This document shows positions 37,292-51,730 of a DNA stretch of 64,000 nucleotides, one piece after another. The notes under the pieces were generated by a model, which was given only the letters and a program-made list of their open reading frames with translations, was not told the DNA's origin and made no database searches. The position numbers and the translations under genes are program-made. The stretch covers positions 5,146,001 to 5,210,000 of the forward strand of contig NC_042998.1 in assembly GCF_006345805.1 (NCBI RefSeq), read 5' to 3'. This DNA is from Octopus sinensis (taxonomy: Eukaryota). Each line of letters opens with the position of its first letter. Position 1 is the stretch's first letter.

Positions 37292-38389
37292 GCACATACA
37301 TATGCTTATGTGTGAGCTGCAAAGCTCTTTCTGTTGTATTTGTATTTCTATAGTTTTTCGTCCGTTGTATATAGCCGTAAGGCTTCGTGTACTTATATAT
37401 GCATAATTCTTCGTCTTTTGTATTTATACAATGTCTTGTTTGTTTCTGTCTCAGTATACATTCACTAGCTTATCCCTAGTAGCTTAATAACATCAACGGC
37501 GCCTCCAAGATTGATTGGTCTCAATGATCATGGCGCGAAACAACGGTGATATTTTGGTTCATTGACTGATGAGGAAACCTCAGCTGCGAATATTCCGTGC
37601 ATCATGTCTTTGTCTATACTCCCCGTCCGTAAAGATTTCGTCTAGTTTCCCGTTTACTCTGCTTTCGTCTAACTTTTTCTCTCTGTTGTGTTCCGTCCGT
37701 TCAAGAGCCTTGATATATATATATATATATATATTATATATAATATATATATATAATATATATATATATAATATATATATATATATTATATTAAATTAGA
37801 GACAAAACCACTATTATGCAAATCAAACAAAGAAAGACTTAAGCCAATACATAAATTAATTTATATTATTTAGAAATGTAACAATTATAAATTACTAATT
37901 ATTATATATACATAAATACATATATATATATACATAAATACATATATATATATACACATACATATAGATAGATAGATAAATAGATATCGACAGGCTTCCA
38001 CATGGTTTCCCTCCTTCTCACTTCATGCGCAAGGGAATTCTTTGGCCTGCAGATATAATAGAAGTGGAACTGAATCAAAAACCTTCCTTAACCACACAGT
38101 CATGCCTGCAAATTTTTTTTCAAAATGAAAATTTAAATTCTAGCATTGGATTTGCTACAATGAACAACGTAGCTACTGACGTGGCCATCACATGTGAAAT
38201 TCACTTTCATTCTTTGACAAAAGGTTTTGAGTCAAAACTTTATGGCAAAAAAAATATCTTACATTCGAAGAAGGTTCTTTAATGGAGCTGAAACGTGTAA
38301 CTATATATCATCATACAAACTAGATGCACCCCGAAAAAATTGATCCCCAGCAACTTAGGTATTTAAAGAGACGACTCCTCACATCTTGT

Positions 38390-38592
38390 TATAATAACCC
38401 TTTCCATTATAGGTTCAAGACCTGAAATTTGGGGGAGGGTGACACTCGATTACACTGAGACCAGCGCTCAACTGTAACTTAATTCCTCGACCCCGAAAGA
38501 ATGAAAGCCAAAGTCGACCTCGGTGGCATTGAAGCTTAGGAAAGTAAAGACAGATGAAATACCACCAAGCATTCTGCCACTTCGCCGCCTTA
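38390..38592 (-). mobile_element. SINE family A with the alternative tail (diverged)
   Basis: Core gtcgactttggctttcattctttcggggtcgag, then tail ccctcccccaaatttcaggtcttgaacctataatggaaagg, similar to 27085-27275. Confidence 0.7.
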
Positions 38593-39160
38593 CATCCTTT
38601 TATCCTAATTACTTCTAACTAGATAGATTTAGAGCAGAAACAAGACTGTCACAGGCATCACCCTACAAAATACCGTCCGATTCTCTTCCTTGTGAATGAA
38701 ATTGTAGAGGTTTCAAAACTTGCCATAATTTGTGATTCTCTAGTAAGAGATAAGTATTATGTAATAGAAGCTATCGATTTTGTAATGTAATTGTTTTGAT
38801 TTGTCAAAGGACATGTATATTTTACCTTTAAATGCTTCCACTGTCTCACTCGGTGCTGGTCCGTTTCATAGTGCGAACCGCACCACATATTTAGTACTAC
38901 TGCTACTACCACATATCTTGTTCATATTGGTGTAGTTAATCTCTTTCACACAACACAAATTTTAACAGATATGCTCGCGCACGTGTATGTGCATATATTT
39001 GTTAGACAATTCCGTAAATAGAGATAATATATATACTTTTGTGAAAATGTCACGAATTTCATTTTCTACAAGTTGAAGTGTATAGGAAAATGGTAGCGCA
39101 CCTCATTAGGCTACATGTGTGCGTGAGTTTGAATTTATGATCCATATTAACTGATTTAAC

Positions 39161-39241
<81 letters not shown>

Positions 39242-39737
39242 TATGTGTGTGTCGCTGTCTCTGTGCGTTTGTGTGTGTTATATGTGTGTATCTATAGATA
39301 TGCACCTGTAAGTCTCTGCAACAGGTGCTTATATCCTGGCAGGAAAATTTTGAACAATTACGTATTGTGTTTAAATGTAGAGATATGCATTCCATCGCAA
39401 AATATTCATGTTGGTTATCATCTTCAATTTCCCATCACTATTCATTCGTTTAGTACTTTTCTGTTTTCTTTACCTTTCAGTTCTTTGCACCGAACTATCC
39501 TTTCTCTAGTTAAAATTATTCAGTATACCACAAACCTAAACAGTCTTTGGAACATCATGATTAAACATAATTATTTTTCTCTCCACGCATTTTTCTATCA
39601 CTTCTAATATTCAAAGTACTCGGCACTAACACACACTATCAATTTTTCCATCTTTTCTTCTATACTTTCGTCTCTTCTTCCTCCGAAACCACATTTCTTT
39701 CACGCTCCTTCCCGTATTAATATCTATATGCATTGAA

Positions 39738-40160
39738 GGCATTGAGCTGGCAGAAACGTTAGCACGCCGGGCTAAATGCTTAGCGGTATTTCGTCTGCTG
39801 CTACGCTCTGAGTTTTGATTCCGCTGAGGTCGACTTTGCCTTTCATCCTTTCGGCGTCAATAAATTAAGCACCAGTTACGCACTGGGGTCGATGTTTGTC
39901 CCCTCTATGTTTAGCTCCTTGTGGGTAATAAAGAAACAGGTATTTCGTCTGCCGCAACGTTCTGAGTTCAAATTCCGCCGTGGTCGACTTTGCCCTTCAT
40001 CCTTCCGGGGTCGATTAAATAAGTACCAGTTACGTACTGGGGTCGATATAATCGACTTAATCCGTTTGTCCGTCCTTGTTTGTCCTCTCTGTGTTTAGCC
40101 TCTTGTGGATAGTAAAGAAATAGGTATTTCGTCTGTCTTTACGTTCTGAGTTCAAATTCC
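39738..40160 (+). mobile_element. SINE family A array: full unit, headless unit and partial third unit
   Basis: Junctions aaagaaaca|ggtatttcgtc (39938/39939) and aaagaaata|ggtatttcgtc (40122/40123). Confidence 0.9.
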
Positions 40161-40205
40161 TGCAACTACTACAACTAGCAGTAGTAATAGTACTAGTACT
40201 ACTAG

Positions 40206-40269
<64 letters not shown>

Positions 40270-43200
40270 CGGAGCGGAGTGGATAGTTATAGTGGTGGCA
40301 GTGGTGTTTAGTAGTAGTTGTCAGGTTTGTAGTGTCTGCTAATGTCATAAACTCAGCTTACCAATTACTTAGCCCTGTGACATCACTATCATTTTTCTCA
40401 TTCCAAACAATATTTTTTTCTCGACCCGACGTCTAGTCAATGTCGACTACAGATAATCAAATATCGTTCTTCACATATAAATCTTTTCAAGCTTTCTCTG
40501 CATTCAATAATTCATAATTGATTTTCAATGATTGATTAATTTCGGTCTGATTGTCTCAACTTTATTAACACTTAGTATATTTTTTTGTTTTGAATATATC
40601 TCTGGCACTAAAAAAAAAAAAATCTCCCCATCACTAAGGCACGCGTTTAGAAAGGAAGATTGTGGATCATTTAACCAACTTAAAAATTTATTGGTTTGTG
40701 TCAGCAATTAGTATAAATTTCAATACTCCTTAAATTTTTAGTTGTTCTCACATGTTGCATATTTTTTATGATCCCATAGTTACTCCACATTTATGGGTCG
40801 CTGCCATCATTTGGTCGATAGATCAATAATAGAATACAAAAGAAAAAAACGGTAATGTATTTTCATACATAGAACGCCTGAAAATTGGATTTTGAAATTT
40901 TGAATCAAGCCATTCGTATATTCTCAGCAGTCTTAAATACAATTCTCTAATGAATTGCTTTTTAAAATGTCTCCAAATTGCTTCTGCCAGTAAAGCAATT
41001 TATTCACAGAGCCATTAATTTTTTTTCTTTTTGACAACTTTCCACAAGATCAGAATATTGTCCTTGGAGAATTTGATTTAATTCACTCACAGACTTAAGT
41101 AGAAAAAAAATTGGCAAACACTTAATTTTACACTGCGTTATTTTTTTTAATTTGGTCCACTTAATGAATACTTGAACGGTTATACGTTGCCTAGTGGATC
41201 CCATAGCATAAATAGTCCATCGAAATTATTGTCGATATATATTCACCATACTTCTCTGAGTAGTAAAGCAAAATTAGTTTCTCATTATTACAAAATCACT
41301 ATGAAATAATATCATTAAAAACATTAGCTTCAATAGAATTAATTGTTGAAACTTCTAACATGTGCATGCTCTATACCTCATGATTAAGTTTAAGACCCTA
41401 AAAGCCATCGCTACACGATACGAATGCCCATGTTAAATATCTGGCACGACGTTTTCATTCTAGTTATGAAATTATTTTCTTTTTACTTCATATTTCATCA
41501 TCATCACCTGAACTAATCTCATTGAAAATTTTAAGTGTAATGTCTCAGTTGATTATAAATGATTTGTCCAAGTGGGGACAAATTTAAAATGCATGCTGTA
41601 TCTAACGAAAATTTACATAGTAATTTACATGGAAAACCTATCGCTTTGTAAAACAGCTCTTCAGACGCTTCATCTCGTTCTCGTTTAATAGGTTCTCTTG
41701 GTAAGGCAAATAGTTTCAGAAAAAATCATCGTCCTTTACAAGATACAGTTTTGTATATAGAAGTTTTGCAAATACAGAAACTATCCGTCAACAATCTGAG
41801 GGCATCTAGTTTAATATGAATTACGAAGACCAAATAGGTGCAGTATAGTTTTTTTCAATTGGTATGACACAAACGTTCTTAAACTAACTTCATCAGGTGA
41901 TGCTTAAATTTGTTCTTCAAATAATGTTTGGACTAAATAATGTTAGAGAAGCAAGATCTCTAACATTTTGATGGAATTTCCGTTTGTCTTCATTGATTTT
42001 TTGGCTAATCTACACTCAATACAATCGACCTCTCCTTCATCCTTTTATTGTAAGCTAAGCAACAGAAAGTTATATTTGTACTTTCTTAAACATCTTTATT
42101 GATTTTTTTCAATACATCAGCTATGTGTCGAGATAAAAAGAAAGCAATTTTTATAGCGTGATCAATATGCAAACCATAATTTCTAAATATACAAATTTCA
42201 CCGTGACCAAATACGAAATGTATACCTCTTGTTTATGACCCGTATAGTCCACTGTAAATACCGCTGCGACTCAGTTTTCTTTGAACAGGCTTATGCTCAA
42301 AAGATTATCCGCTGACCGTTCTAGGTTTTTTTTTGTTTTGGTGGGGGTACTGAGGATCATGTACTCTAATGTCCTTCTTTGTGAATAGAGAAAAGAAATG
42401 GTTGCTATTTGTAGAAGTCGAGCAACCAAGTAAATACTCGGTCTCCTAATATCTCAGTATGTGTTTCAGTCGTTAAGTGTTTTGCATTCCAATCAAACAG
42501 CTCCCTTCTTAAATAGCAGAAAAAGATTCATAAGAGTGCCTTCTTTGCATAAAGAACGCGTAGTTAAATGCGAGCTAACATATCAAATGTAGTTAACGAA
42601 AGATATTTTTATCGAAGAAATTTGCACTCGCAATGAGAAGATGTTATTCACGATAATAAGAATAACGATTTTTGTTTGGATTCACTACGTTTAATATATT
42701 AGCTCCTTATTTTAGTTTTGATATTATTTTCCTTATCATCTTTCAATTTATTATATCACTGAAGAGAGACAAGAGTTGCATTTTGGGGTTCATTTAGTCT
42801 GAAAGTTAAAAGAAAATTTGGTGAGGCAAGTTCTTTAAGAATATCTTTTGATTCATTCTATACGGTCCACTAGAAATCTTTTATATCAGTTTTCTGCTAG
42901 AGATGTTTTTCCTTTTATTTGAGAAAGTCTTAATTGTATAATATTGAGAGAGAAAATATTTATCCTATTATTTTGTTGTTGTTATTTCTGTTTTAATCCT
43001 CGGTCAGACTTGGTCGAGCAATCCTCTGGTTAAGTACAATTAATCCATGAAAATCTAGACTTTTTGCTAGGTGTATGCAGTACTTCATTATCTGTAGTTT
43101 GTCCCAACATAATACGGTGGGGATTTGATTTAACGGAAATTTGGCTGCTATTTCTTACAGAACGGATGACTGCGTAGACGTTTGCTAGTTAACCCATTCA

Positions 43201-44124
43201 ATGTTGTACAAAGAAGAAAATTTAGACTATAAATCTATCTTTAATATATTAAATGCGCTTGATTCTAGAACCATGCTATTCAATATTTTTTATACAGTAT
43301 GTACCCAATTACCCATTTTCTATTTTAAAACCTTTTAAAATGCAATGTTTCCTTTCATCATTTTGCCTTAGACTCCTTAAAATGCCGTGTCATATATATC
43401 TCACTGATTGTTCTACCAAAGTGCATGTTGAATAGTTAAAATGCACAGCATGATACCTGGGTCATAACCTCCAAGGACACATTTTATGAAAGGGATATTA
43501 GGAGTGCCGACGTTTCCGACTACACTGTACCAGCAATTCAACGACCCAAGTACATCACACAATACAGGTCAAGTCTACCGGTTGAATAATATTTTAAGTG
43601 TGTACTTCTTTCTTGAATGTTTAGTTTCTTAACACTATAATTTATGGACACGTTACCTTTTATTGAAGAACTGGAATACAAACAACGATCATCGAAACTC
43701 ATGCCAAATCGTTCCAACACAGACGTATTGAATGACGTCTGTAAAGATCTATGGGAATCCTTATAGACGCCATGAGAGTTCATTCTAGCTTGCATTAAAC
43801 TTTGCTTTCGTGGAGTTCATTCGTGAATTTTGTAGACAAACCTCAGACAAAAAGTTATTTATCAATCTTTGAACACTCCGTTCACTTACCTTGTCGACCA
43901 CCAAAATATAACTCTTTACCTACATCTATGTTGCTACTGCAGTGTGTGTGTGTTTGTGTGTCGTAATGAAAACCGAAGTGAGACATGGAAATAATAAAAA
44001 CGCACAATTTAAAAATGGAACACACATATAGAATTTCACACGTACACATATACTCACCACATAAAAACACGACAAACATGCATATATTAGCACATTATGT
44101 ACACACACACACACACACACACAT

Positions 44125-44212
<88 letters not shown>

Positions 44213-44469
44213 GACATGGCAAATCCAGAGTGATTCTTTACTCACTACGTAGATAAATATGCTACTGAGTAACTGAGCAATTAAATAATTAATATACTCA
44301 ATACACTTCTAGTAACTGTTATTTGTTATCTCCGAATTATATTTAGTTATCTATATAATGCTCCCTGAATTAAATATATTCACTCAACAAAAAATAAACG
44401 CGTTTTAATACCCTTCTCTAGCATAAGCACTTAATCCCGTTTTTCTATATTCGGTGGCGTATTTAACAC

Positions 44470-44642
44470 CTCCTAGATGGGGCACCGATCCATCGCAGGA
44501 TTACTCACTTTTGCCAGCTGAAGAACTGGAGAAACGTGAAATGAAGTGTTTTACTCAAGAACACAGCGCATAAACTAGTCCAGAAATCGAACCCAAAATC
44601 TTAGGATCGTGAGTGTAACACACTAAGCCATGCGCTTCCACT
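44470..44642 (-). mobile_element. SINE family C head and core fragment
   Basis: Reverse complement ggaagcgcatggcttagtg...ttcgatttctggactag...tgtgttcttgagtaaaacacttcatttcacg. Confidence 0.7.
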
Positions 44643-45165
44643 CCAAATATGCTTACTATAACTGTGTGATTTGATAGTTTACTTCATTACTACGTGATCC
44701 GTCGTGCATTCTACTGCACATAATGCCGAGATACTGTGTTTTATCATACCATTGTTTGGAGTAATGCTTTGTGACTGAAATCATTTTGTAGATAGGAACT
44801 GTGCGTGAGAATTTCTATATATCTTCAATATATACAATTATACGACGTCAAAAAAGTGTACTCGTTGACGAGAAAGTCAATGAATTCAAACGAAAATATC
44901 CTGTGATAGACAGCGTTGAACAGACAGTTCCTTGTGAATTTAACCATCAAAATTCAGTGAACCAATGCTTGGCATGTGGAATACCTGACATTGTCCATCA
45001 AAAAATCTGATAACAAAGCAAAATGGAAATGTGTATTCAGATTACATGTAAATATGCAATATTCGTTATACCTGAAACATAAAAATAGCCTTATAAATGT
45101 TTCTATTTGAATTATATTTTGTCTCTCTGCGATTTACTATTGATTATCTATCGTTCAGCATCTCA

Positions 45166-45208
<43 letters not shown>

Positions 45209-45611
45209 CGGGGAGATGTTGATATCGAATAATTCTAAAAAAGAAGACGCAAACAGTCATTGCGAGTACGAGTAGAGTAACATGCAATATACCATTTGAA
45301 AAAATATCCATTTCCATAGTTATTTTGAAATAACATAATGCGTTGAATAGCCAACTATTGTTATGCTGTTACAGTAAAGCAGTCCAAATATATAGATAAA
45401 TACCCGCTATTGTATGTTGTCTGCTATAAAGAGAAATCTTAAAAATTTCTTTTTTACTACTACTCCTTGAATGATATTACACAATTCTAGCATTAACTAC
45501 AACTTGCAATAGTTGTGTTGTTAATCTACACTGCTAATCTTCCCAATGTGCAGCTATTTTGTTGTATTGACAAGTCATATGGATACATATGTATACATAT
45601 ATATATATATA

Positions 45612-45642
<31 letters not shown>

Positions 45643-45643
45643 A

Positions 45644-45718
<75 letters not shown>

Positions 45719-46874
45719 GTATATATATATATATATATGTATGTATGTGTATATATATATATATATCTTTTTTACTTAACTACTCAAGATTTCCCGTTCT
45801 GCTTCTTTAACAGCATTTACATCATTATCACCCTAATCTCCAGTTTTGTTATTTTGTGTATTTTGTAAGTTTTTGTTTTTTTTATTCAGAGTTTAACAAC
45901 ATAGACTTATTTGAAATTTCTTCATCTCTTCTGTATTTATTTCGAGAGTTATTCTGAAAAGAATCAATAAGGAAAATGTTGTTTATAAGTGAATTTTTAT
46001 CTAACGCAAGTATTATTTAGTTTTCCATTTAGTTCTAGAACTTCTAATACAGATCTGATTATTTTATACATTATTTTTCGTTGGCATCTCCTGATAAGGA
46101 GAAATCTTTGGTTTAGAGAAAGCCACACTGTATTTTAAAAAAATAATCATTTTCCCGTTAACTCTTCCGTACAAACTCAGATTTAAAGCTCCTGACGTGA
46201 CCGTTACTATGAAGTTTAGTTATTCGAATTTCACCCTAGTATAAATGTTTTTATCCCACTCTCACCCAGTTTGCATCAAACATATTACAGACTGCATTGA
46301 TGTTTATTTTGGTGGTGGTCTTCAAATCATAATTGGTGATACACAAAATGGGAAGTTAGGCTCGTAGTCTTCGTGTTAACTTGATTATGACTACAATGAT
46401 AGTATTCGTTTCCATAATTTAAAAAACATAAATGTTATTGCGTATATGATAATTTAAAGCATTAACGGTATAAAATAGACATAATATTTTAGCTGATTCG
46501 ATTAGTGTTCATAGTTGTTTTAGATAGAACAAGTAGGTAAAAGAGAACACTTATAATAAAGCAGCGTTGTTTGTAGCATCTGAGGCCATGCTCCTTTGGA
46601 GTGTAATATCCAATCTTTATATAACTTTTAGAAAAGCTTACAGATACGTCACCAAAACTTTTTAGCAAGACTTTGACCCTACTTCCATATGTACCGCTCT
46701 ATTGGTTACATATCTGCCGATACTGAATGGTCGAAACATGTTCATGAAGCCGTTCATACCCTTTCTGACGATACAGTTCATTTCTCGTCGTTGTTTTGCC
46801 TTTTATGGAAATTTACTGAGGCCTGTATCGTGGCCTTTTTCGAAAATTATTATTATTGTTATTATTATTATTAT

Positions 46875-47900
46875 TGAGTGAGAGAGCAGTGCATGGGGAC
46901 ACATTTTCCTTATGTGTCCCTTTTTCCTATACCTGAAGCATTTTGGAACTTCGCCCTGAACAGCGACCTTCACTCTTGTATCAAGACGAACTCTAGGATG
47001 TTATCAATATATGTTGGTGTGGCTTGGATTGCTGCTCTTACGCCCCTGCCGCACCAGTTCTGGGCACTGTTTTCCTCCAACTCCAATATTTTCCGACTCT
47101 TTTATGTTGACGAAGGCTGCCGCCAGGAGCCACATTTGTTTGATTTCCAGTTTGAACCCATTTATCATTATTTCCCTCGTTCTTTTGCCGAGATATGATG
47201 ATAAAAAAAGATAATCTACTTGTCTGTAGGGTAATCGCCGAGTCCATCTTGGCATCGCCCTCAGCCACAAATTGCGTCTCCGCCGTTCCAAACTTTCTTC
47301 CGCGCTTCACGAACACCAATTTATACACAAGAGATTTTAATGCCTTTTCAATTTCCCCTATTGATTCTATCTCTATCTTTCTGGACTTCAAAGATAGCGA
47401 TTGCTCTTCTCTTAATTCTTTCCATCACCACCCTGAAGGGATTTAGTCTCACATTGTCTACTGGAACTTCTTGACTGCCTCAGGCTTGCTGTTGTAACGT
47501 TTCATACTTGTTCGGGTCGCGGCCGCATAATCATCCGTGCTGTCTCCGGAATCCCTTGTGTAGTCCTCCTCATACTCGCTCAGCCAGAGCTCGTAAAATG
47601 TGTTGTCATCAATTTTGTGTAGGACATCCTACACAGGATGAAAACGTTTCATCCCACCAAACGGGGAAACCAACAAGAAACAAGCTTGTGAAGGCTAACA
47701 ATGTGTCGCAAGAAACTAATAGTTTTTAAACAATTTTTAAAACAAAGGTAACCCCAAAACGGAAAACATGCAAAAAAAATCAATGGCAATTCAACAATAA
47801 ACTTCAGATAATAAAATTACAACAGACTGTGACACGAAAGCGAACACGTCATACTGCCTACTACGTACTCCCTCATAGTGTCTCGTACTTACCTATTTAT
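46875..47900 (-). mobile_element. Tx1-family ORF1 relic (5' UTR plus N-terminal half of ORF1, no ORF2)
   Basis: EIEKALKSLVYKLVFVKRGRKFGT...AK...SYLGKRTREIMI aligns by eye with QAEKCLKPIWADIEYVTWGRKYAT...AK...SYMGRRTSRIKI of ORF1 at 6916-7587. Confidence 0.7.
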
Positions 47901-47972
47901 AGGGATAACTCATATCACTTGTCACCTCGGAGGTGTTTACCCTTATTACTAATTCCCTACAACAACAACGAC

Positions 47973-48012
<40 letters not shown>

Positions 48013-48039
48013 GTAATAGTAATATTGATGATGATGATG

Positions 48040-48078
<39 letters not shown>

Positions 48079-48110
48079 TAATAATAATAGTAATATTGAT
48101 GATGATGATG

Positions 48111-48146
<36 letters not shown>

Positions 48147-48214
48147 TAATAATAGTAATAGTAATATTGATGATGATTAATAATAATAATAATAGTAATA
48201 TGATGATGATGATG

Positions 48215-48252
<38 letters not shown>

Positions 48253-48278
48253 TATTATTATTATTATTATTATTATTT

Positions 48279-48502
48279 TTTATGGTTTGCTTTCATTGTA
48301 ACTTTTTTTCCGCTGCCTTAGTACCGGGCATCTTCCGGAGGCCAAGAAATAGCAAGGAGCACTTTAATTTTGCTGCGCATGCTAAAATTATCACCACATT
48401 TATTTCGTTTTAGATAGAGATTGCATTCCGTAGTATATGGGCTGTACCTCTCATGGTTATCTTTTGCAGTTCACGGAGATTGGAGTTACCATGGAGTTGC
48501 TT

Positions 48503-48537
<35 letters not shown>

Positions 48538-49178
48538 TATCATTATCATTATTATTATTTTATTATTATTATCATTATTATTATTATTTTACTTTTAATC
48601 ACATGCTTGTTACAGTAACTTGTTGGGAACACACCCAGCGTCCTGGGGTGAGTGAAGGGTAAGAGACGTTATAGTACGACTGAAAGCTTGTGGGGTTGGT
48701 AGCGAAATATCTTCAAGTAATAGAACACAAACATTTAAATGGATAGCGTATTTCTAAAGATGTGGCCAGTACTTGTCAGGACAATCTTTTGGATTTCTCT
48801 GAGACAGGTTCTCCTGGGGATTTATCTAGATGTCTCTGACAATCCTTTTTTTTTATCATAAATAGGGCACCTACAATAACAGGAACCGTTCTCGTTTTAA
48901 GATGTCATATCTTTTGTATTTCATCATCATCATCATTATAATTATTATTATTATTTTTAGGGTTGCTTTCATTGTAACTTTTTTTCCGCTGCCTTAGTAC
49001 CGGGCATCTTCCGGAGGCCAAGAAATAGCAAGGAGCACTTTAATTTTGCTGCGCATGCTAAAATTATCACCACATTTATTTCGTTTTAGATAGAGATTGC
49101 ATTCCGTAGTATATGGGCTGTACCTCTCATGGTTATCTTTTGCAGTTCACGGAGATTGGAGTTACCATGGAGTTGCTT

Positions 49179-49240
<62 letters not shown>

Positions 49241-49625
49241 ATTATTATTATTATTATTATTATTTTACTTTTAATCACATGCTTGTTACAGTAACTTGTT
49301 GGGAACACACCCAGCGTCCTGGGGTGAGTGAAGGGTAAGAGACGTTATAGTACGACTGAAAGCTTGTGGGGTTGGTAGCGAAATATCTTCAAGTAATAGA
49401 ACACAAACATTTAAATGGATAGCGTATTTCTAAAGATGTGGCCAGTACTTGTCAGGACAATCTTTTGGATTTCTCTGAGACAGGTTCTCCTGGGGATTTA
49501 TCTAGATGTCTCTGACAATCCTTTTTTTTTATCATAAATAGGGCACCTACAATAACAGGAACCGTTCTCGTTTTAAGATGTCATATCTTTTGTATTTCAT
49601 CATCATCATCATTATAATTATTATT
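48279..49625 (+). repeat. Near-identical tandem duplication, unit ~676 bp, bounded by (ATT)n tracts
   Basis: ORFs 48421/49097 and 48453/49129 are offset by 676 bp and nearly identical; the differences are mainly in microsatellite length. Confidence 0.9.
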
Positions 49626-49854
49626 ATTATTTTCATTAGCAACTTCTTTCAATCCTGTTTCCATGTGTTACTGAATGTCTTCCTGACACCTAAGGCAGAG
49701 AAACGTACTATATACAATGGTAGGCCTTTAAAACAAACACATCAGATTGTTCATTTACAGTGTCATGTGATACACAAAAAGAGGAAGACAGAGAGAAAAA
49801 TGAAAAAATGAAAAAATAGAAAAGTAAACAAATAAAATAAAGAGGGAAAAGGAC

Positions 49855-51060
49855 AGACTATTCACAGCGACAATGCTCTTCACACTACGTGTGACGTCCC
49901 AGTTAAGGCAATATTTTGCATTTCCTACATTGATGGTAAGCCAGGAATCATTATTAAATAATTTCAGTTTTTTTTTTTATCATTCCAAGTGCTCCTACGA
50001 TCACTGATATTGTAACCATCTTGAGATACCACATCTTTTCGATTTGGATTAGAAAATCTTTATATTTTCTAAGCTTATCAAATTCTTTTTCTGAGAAATG
50101 GTTACAGGGAATGCTTATGTCAATTAATACACATACTTAATTGTTTTGGTCTTCCACAACAATATCTGGTTTATTTGCCTTGATGGTCCGATCTGTACAT
50201 ACTAGGAAGTCCCAAAGAATAGTTATATTTCCTCTCTCAGTTACAGCCTCAGGGTGGTGCTTGTACCATTTGTCAGCAGTTTTGATTTTATAATGTCGAC
50301 ACATTTTCCAATGTAGATATTGGCCAACTCTGTCATGTCCTGATTGGTACTCTACAGGTGCTAAAATCTTACATCCAGAGATTAGGTGGTCGACTATTTC
50401 TATCCTACCATTGCAGTATCGGCACTTTGAGTCTACACCATATTTCATCACATTGGCTTGATAGTTCCGGGTAAAAATGCTCTGATCTTGGGCGGCCAAG
50501 ATGGAGCCTTCACTATCTGCCTTTAGCCCTGAGTTCCACAGCCACTGATGGGTGTGCGTCTGGTATACATCAGCTTGTTTGATACGGGTCACACATTTGC
50601 CATGCAAAGGTTTTTGTTCCCACCTATTAGACAATTGTTCAAGCGTATTTTACTTTGCTATTGATTTCACCTTCTTTGCAACTGCAAGTACTGCACCTCC
50701 CTCATGTTGTTCAACCTGGGAATTGTACATAAACTCACTTGAAACTTGTTTGCTCTCCTTCATGAAAGAATGAAATTTCTTACGTCTTTCGTGGTTTTCA
50801 ACGAGTCTTAGCATCCAGTCATTAGATGTTTCAAGATATTTTACCAGTCCAATTGTGGCGGTTTTGTAGGCGATTTCAAATTGGATCAAGACTCGACCTA
50901 CTTGAGCTCTGTGTAGGTAAAGACGATCTGCGTCTGACTTTGTGCGGTTCATCTTATTGTAAGTCAGCAGCTTATGGATTTTCCTGTCAATATTCCTTAT
51001 TTCGGTCATATTCCCGTTCAACACCAGACTGATTTGCTGCTTCAACTTCAGTACCTAATT
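49855..51060 (-). mobile_element. R4/Dong-clade LINE 3' portion (thumb, CCHC finger, restriction-like endonuclease)
   Basis: PLHGK...AAQDQS...KCRYC...VDHLISGC...HDRVG...WDF..TDRTIKANKPDIVV, then CVLIDISIP...EK..KYKD...VIVGALG to the ORF end. Confidence 0.85.
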
Positions 51061-51316
51061 CAACGGAATCTGAATTATTTCTTGTATATATATATATATA
51101 TTCTGTTGTGTCTGGGGAGAGTCATTTTTATTTTGTGTCTTATGATTTAACACACTCAGCGGTAAAATTTTCACTTATTTCTTATTTTTATTTTCCAAAA
51201 AATTTTTGTTGAATCTTACAACCTTTTCAATAGTCTTCACTCTCATAAAGAATCTTGCAAACTAAATCCAAAAACGAAATGTATAAGAGAGTATATATAA
51301 AAGAGTAAAAGAGTAC

Positions 51317-51363
<47 letters not shown>

Positions 51364-51451
51364 CAAATAGGGTAATAAAATAAATTATTATTACCAGTGG
51401 CCTAGCACAAAAGACGAGTTAGTCATTAGACTATATATTTTTCGTATCGAA

Positions 51452-51730
51452 ATATAATAAAAATCTTCCAAATAAGGAAGCGTAGTGCTAGAAGCACAAA
51501 AAGGGATAAATTCATGAAAGGAAAGAAAATTAAAAACATTTACCATCTCAGCTATATCCCAGACCGAACGGTTTCTACCTCTTTTTAGCTGTGTGTTTGC
51601 TAAAAATAGGTCAAAACCGTTCGGTCTGGATATAGCTGAGATGGTAAATGTTTTTAATTTTCTTTCCTTTCATGAATTTATCCCTTTTTGTGTTTCTAGC
51701 ACAACGCTTCCTTATTTGGAAGCCTTTTAT

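Noticed and set aside
37560-37600. CTGATGAG...CGAAT hammerhead-like string
   Set aside because: GAAA is altered to GAAT, and stems I and II do not pair convincingly.
43538-43795. 85-aa minus-strand ORF with protein-like composition
   Set aside because: No recognisable domain and no clear acceptor site; not supportable as a CDS without expression data.
44517-44540. CTGAAGA-ACTGGA-GAAACG hammerhead-like string
   Set aside because: No stem II; it is part of a SINE family C body.
44801-45010. 69-aa non-repetitive plus-strand ORF
   Set aside because: GTG start, no recognisable motif and no clear splice sites; consistent with chance.
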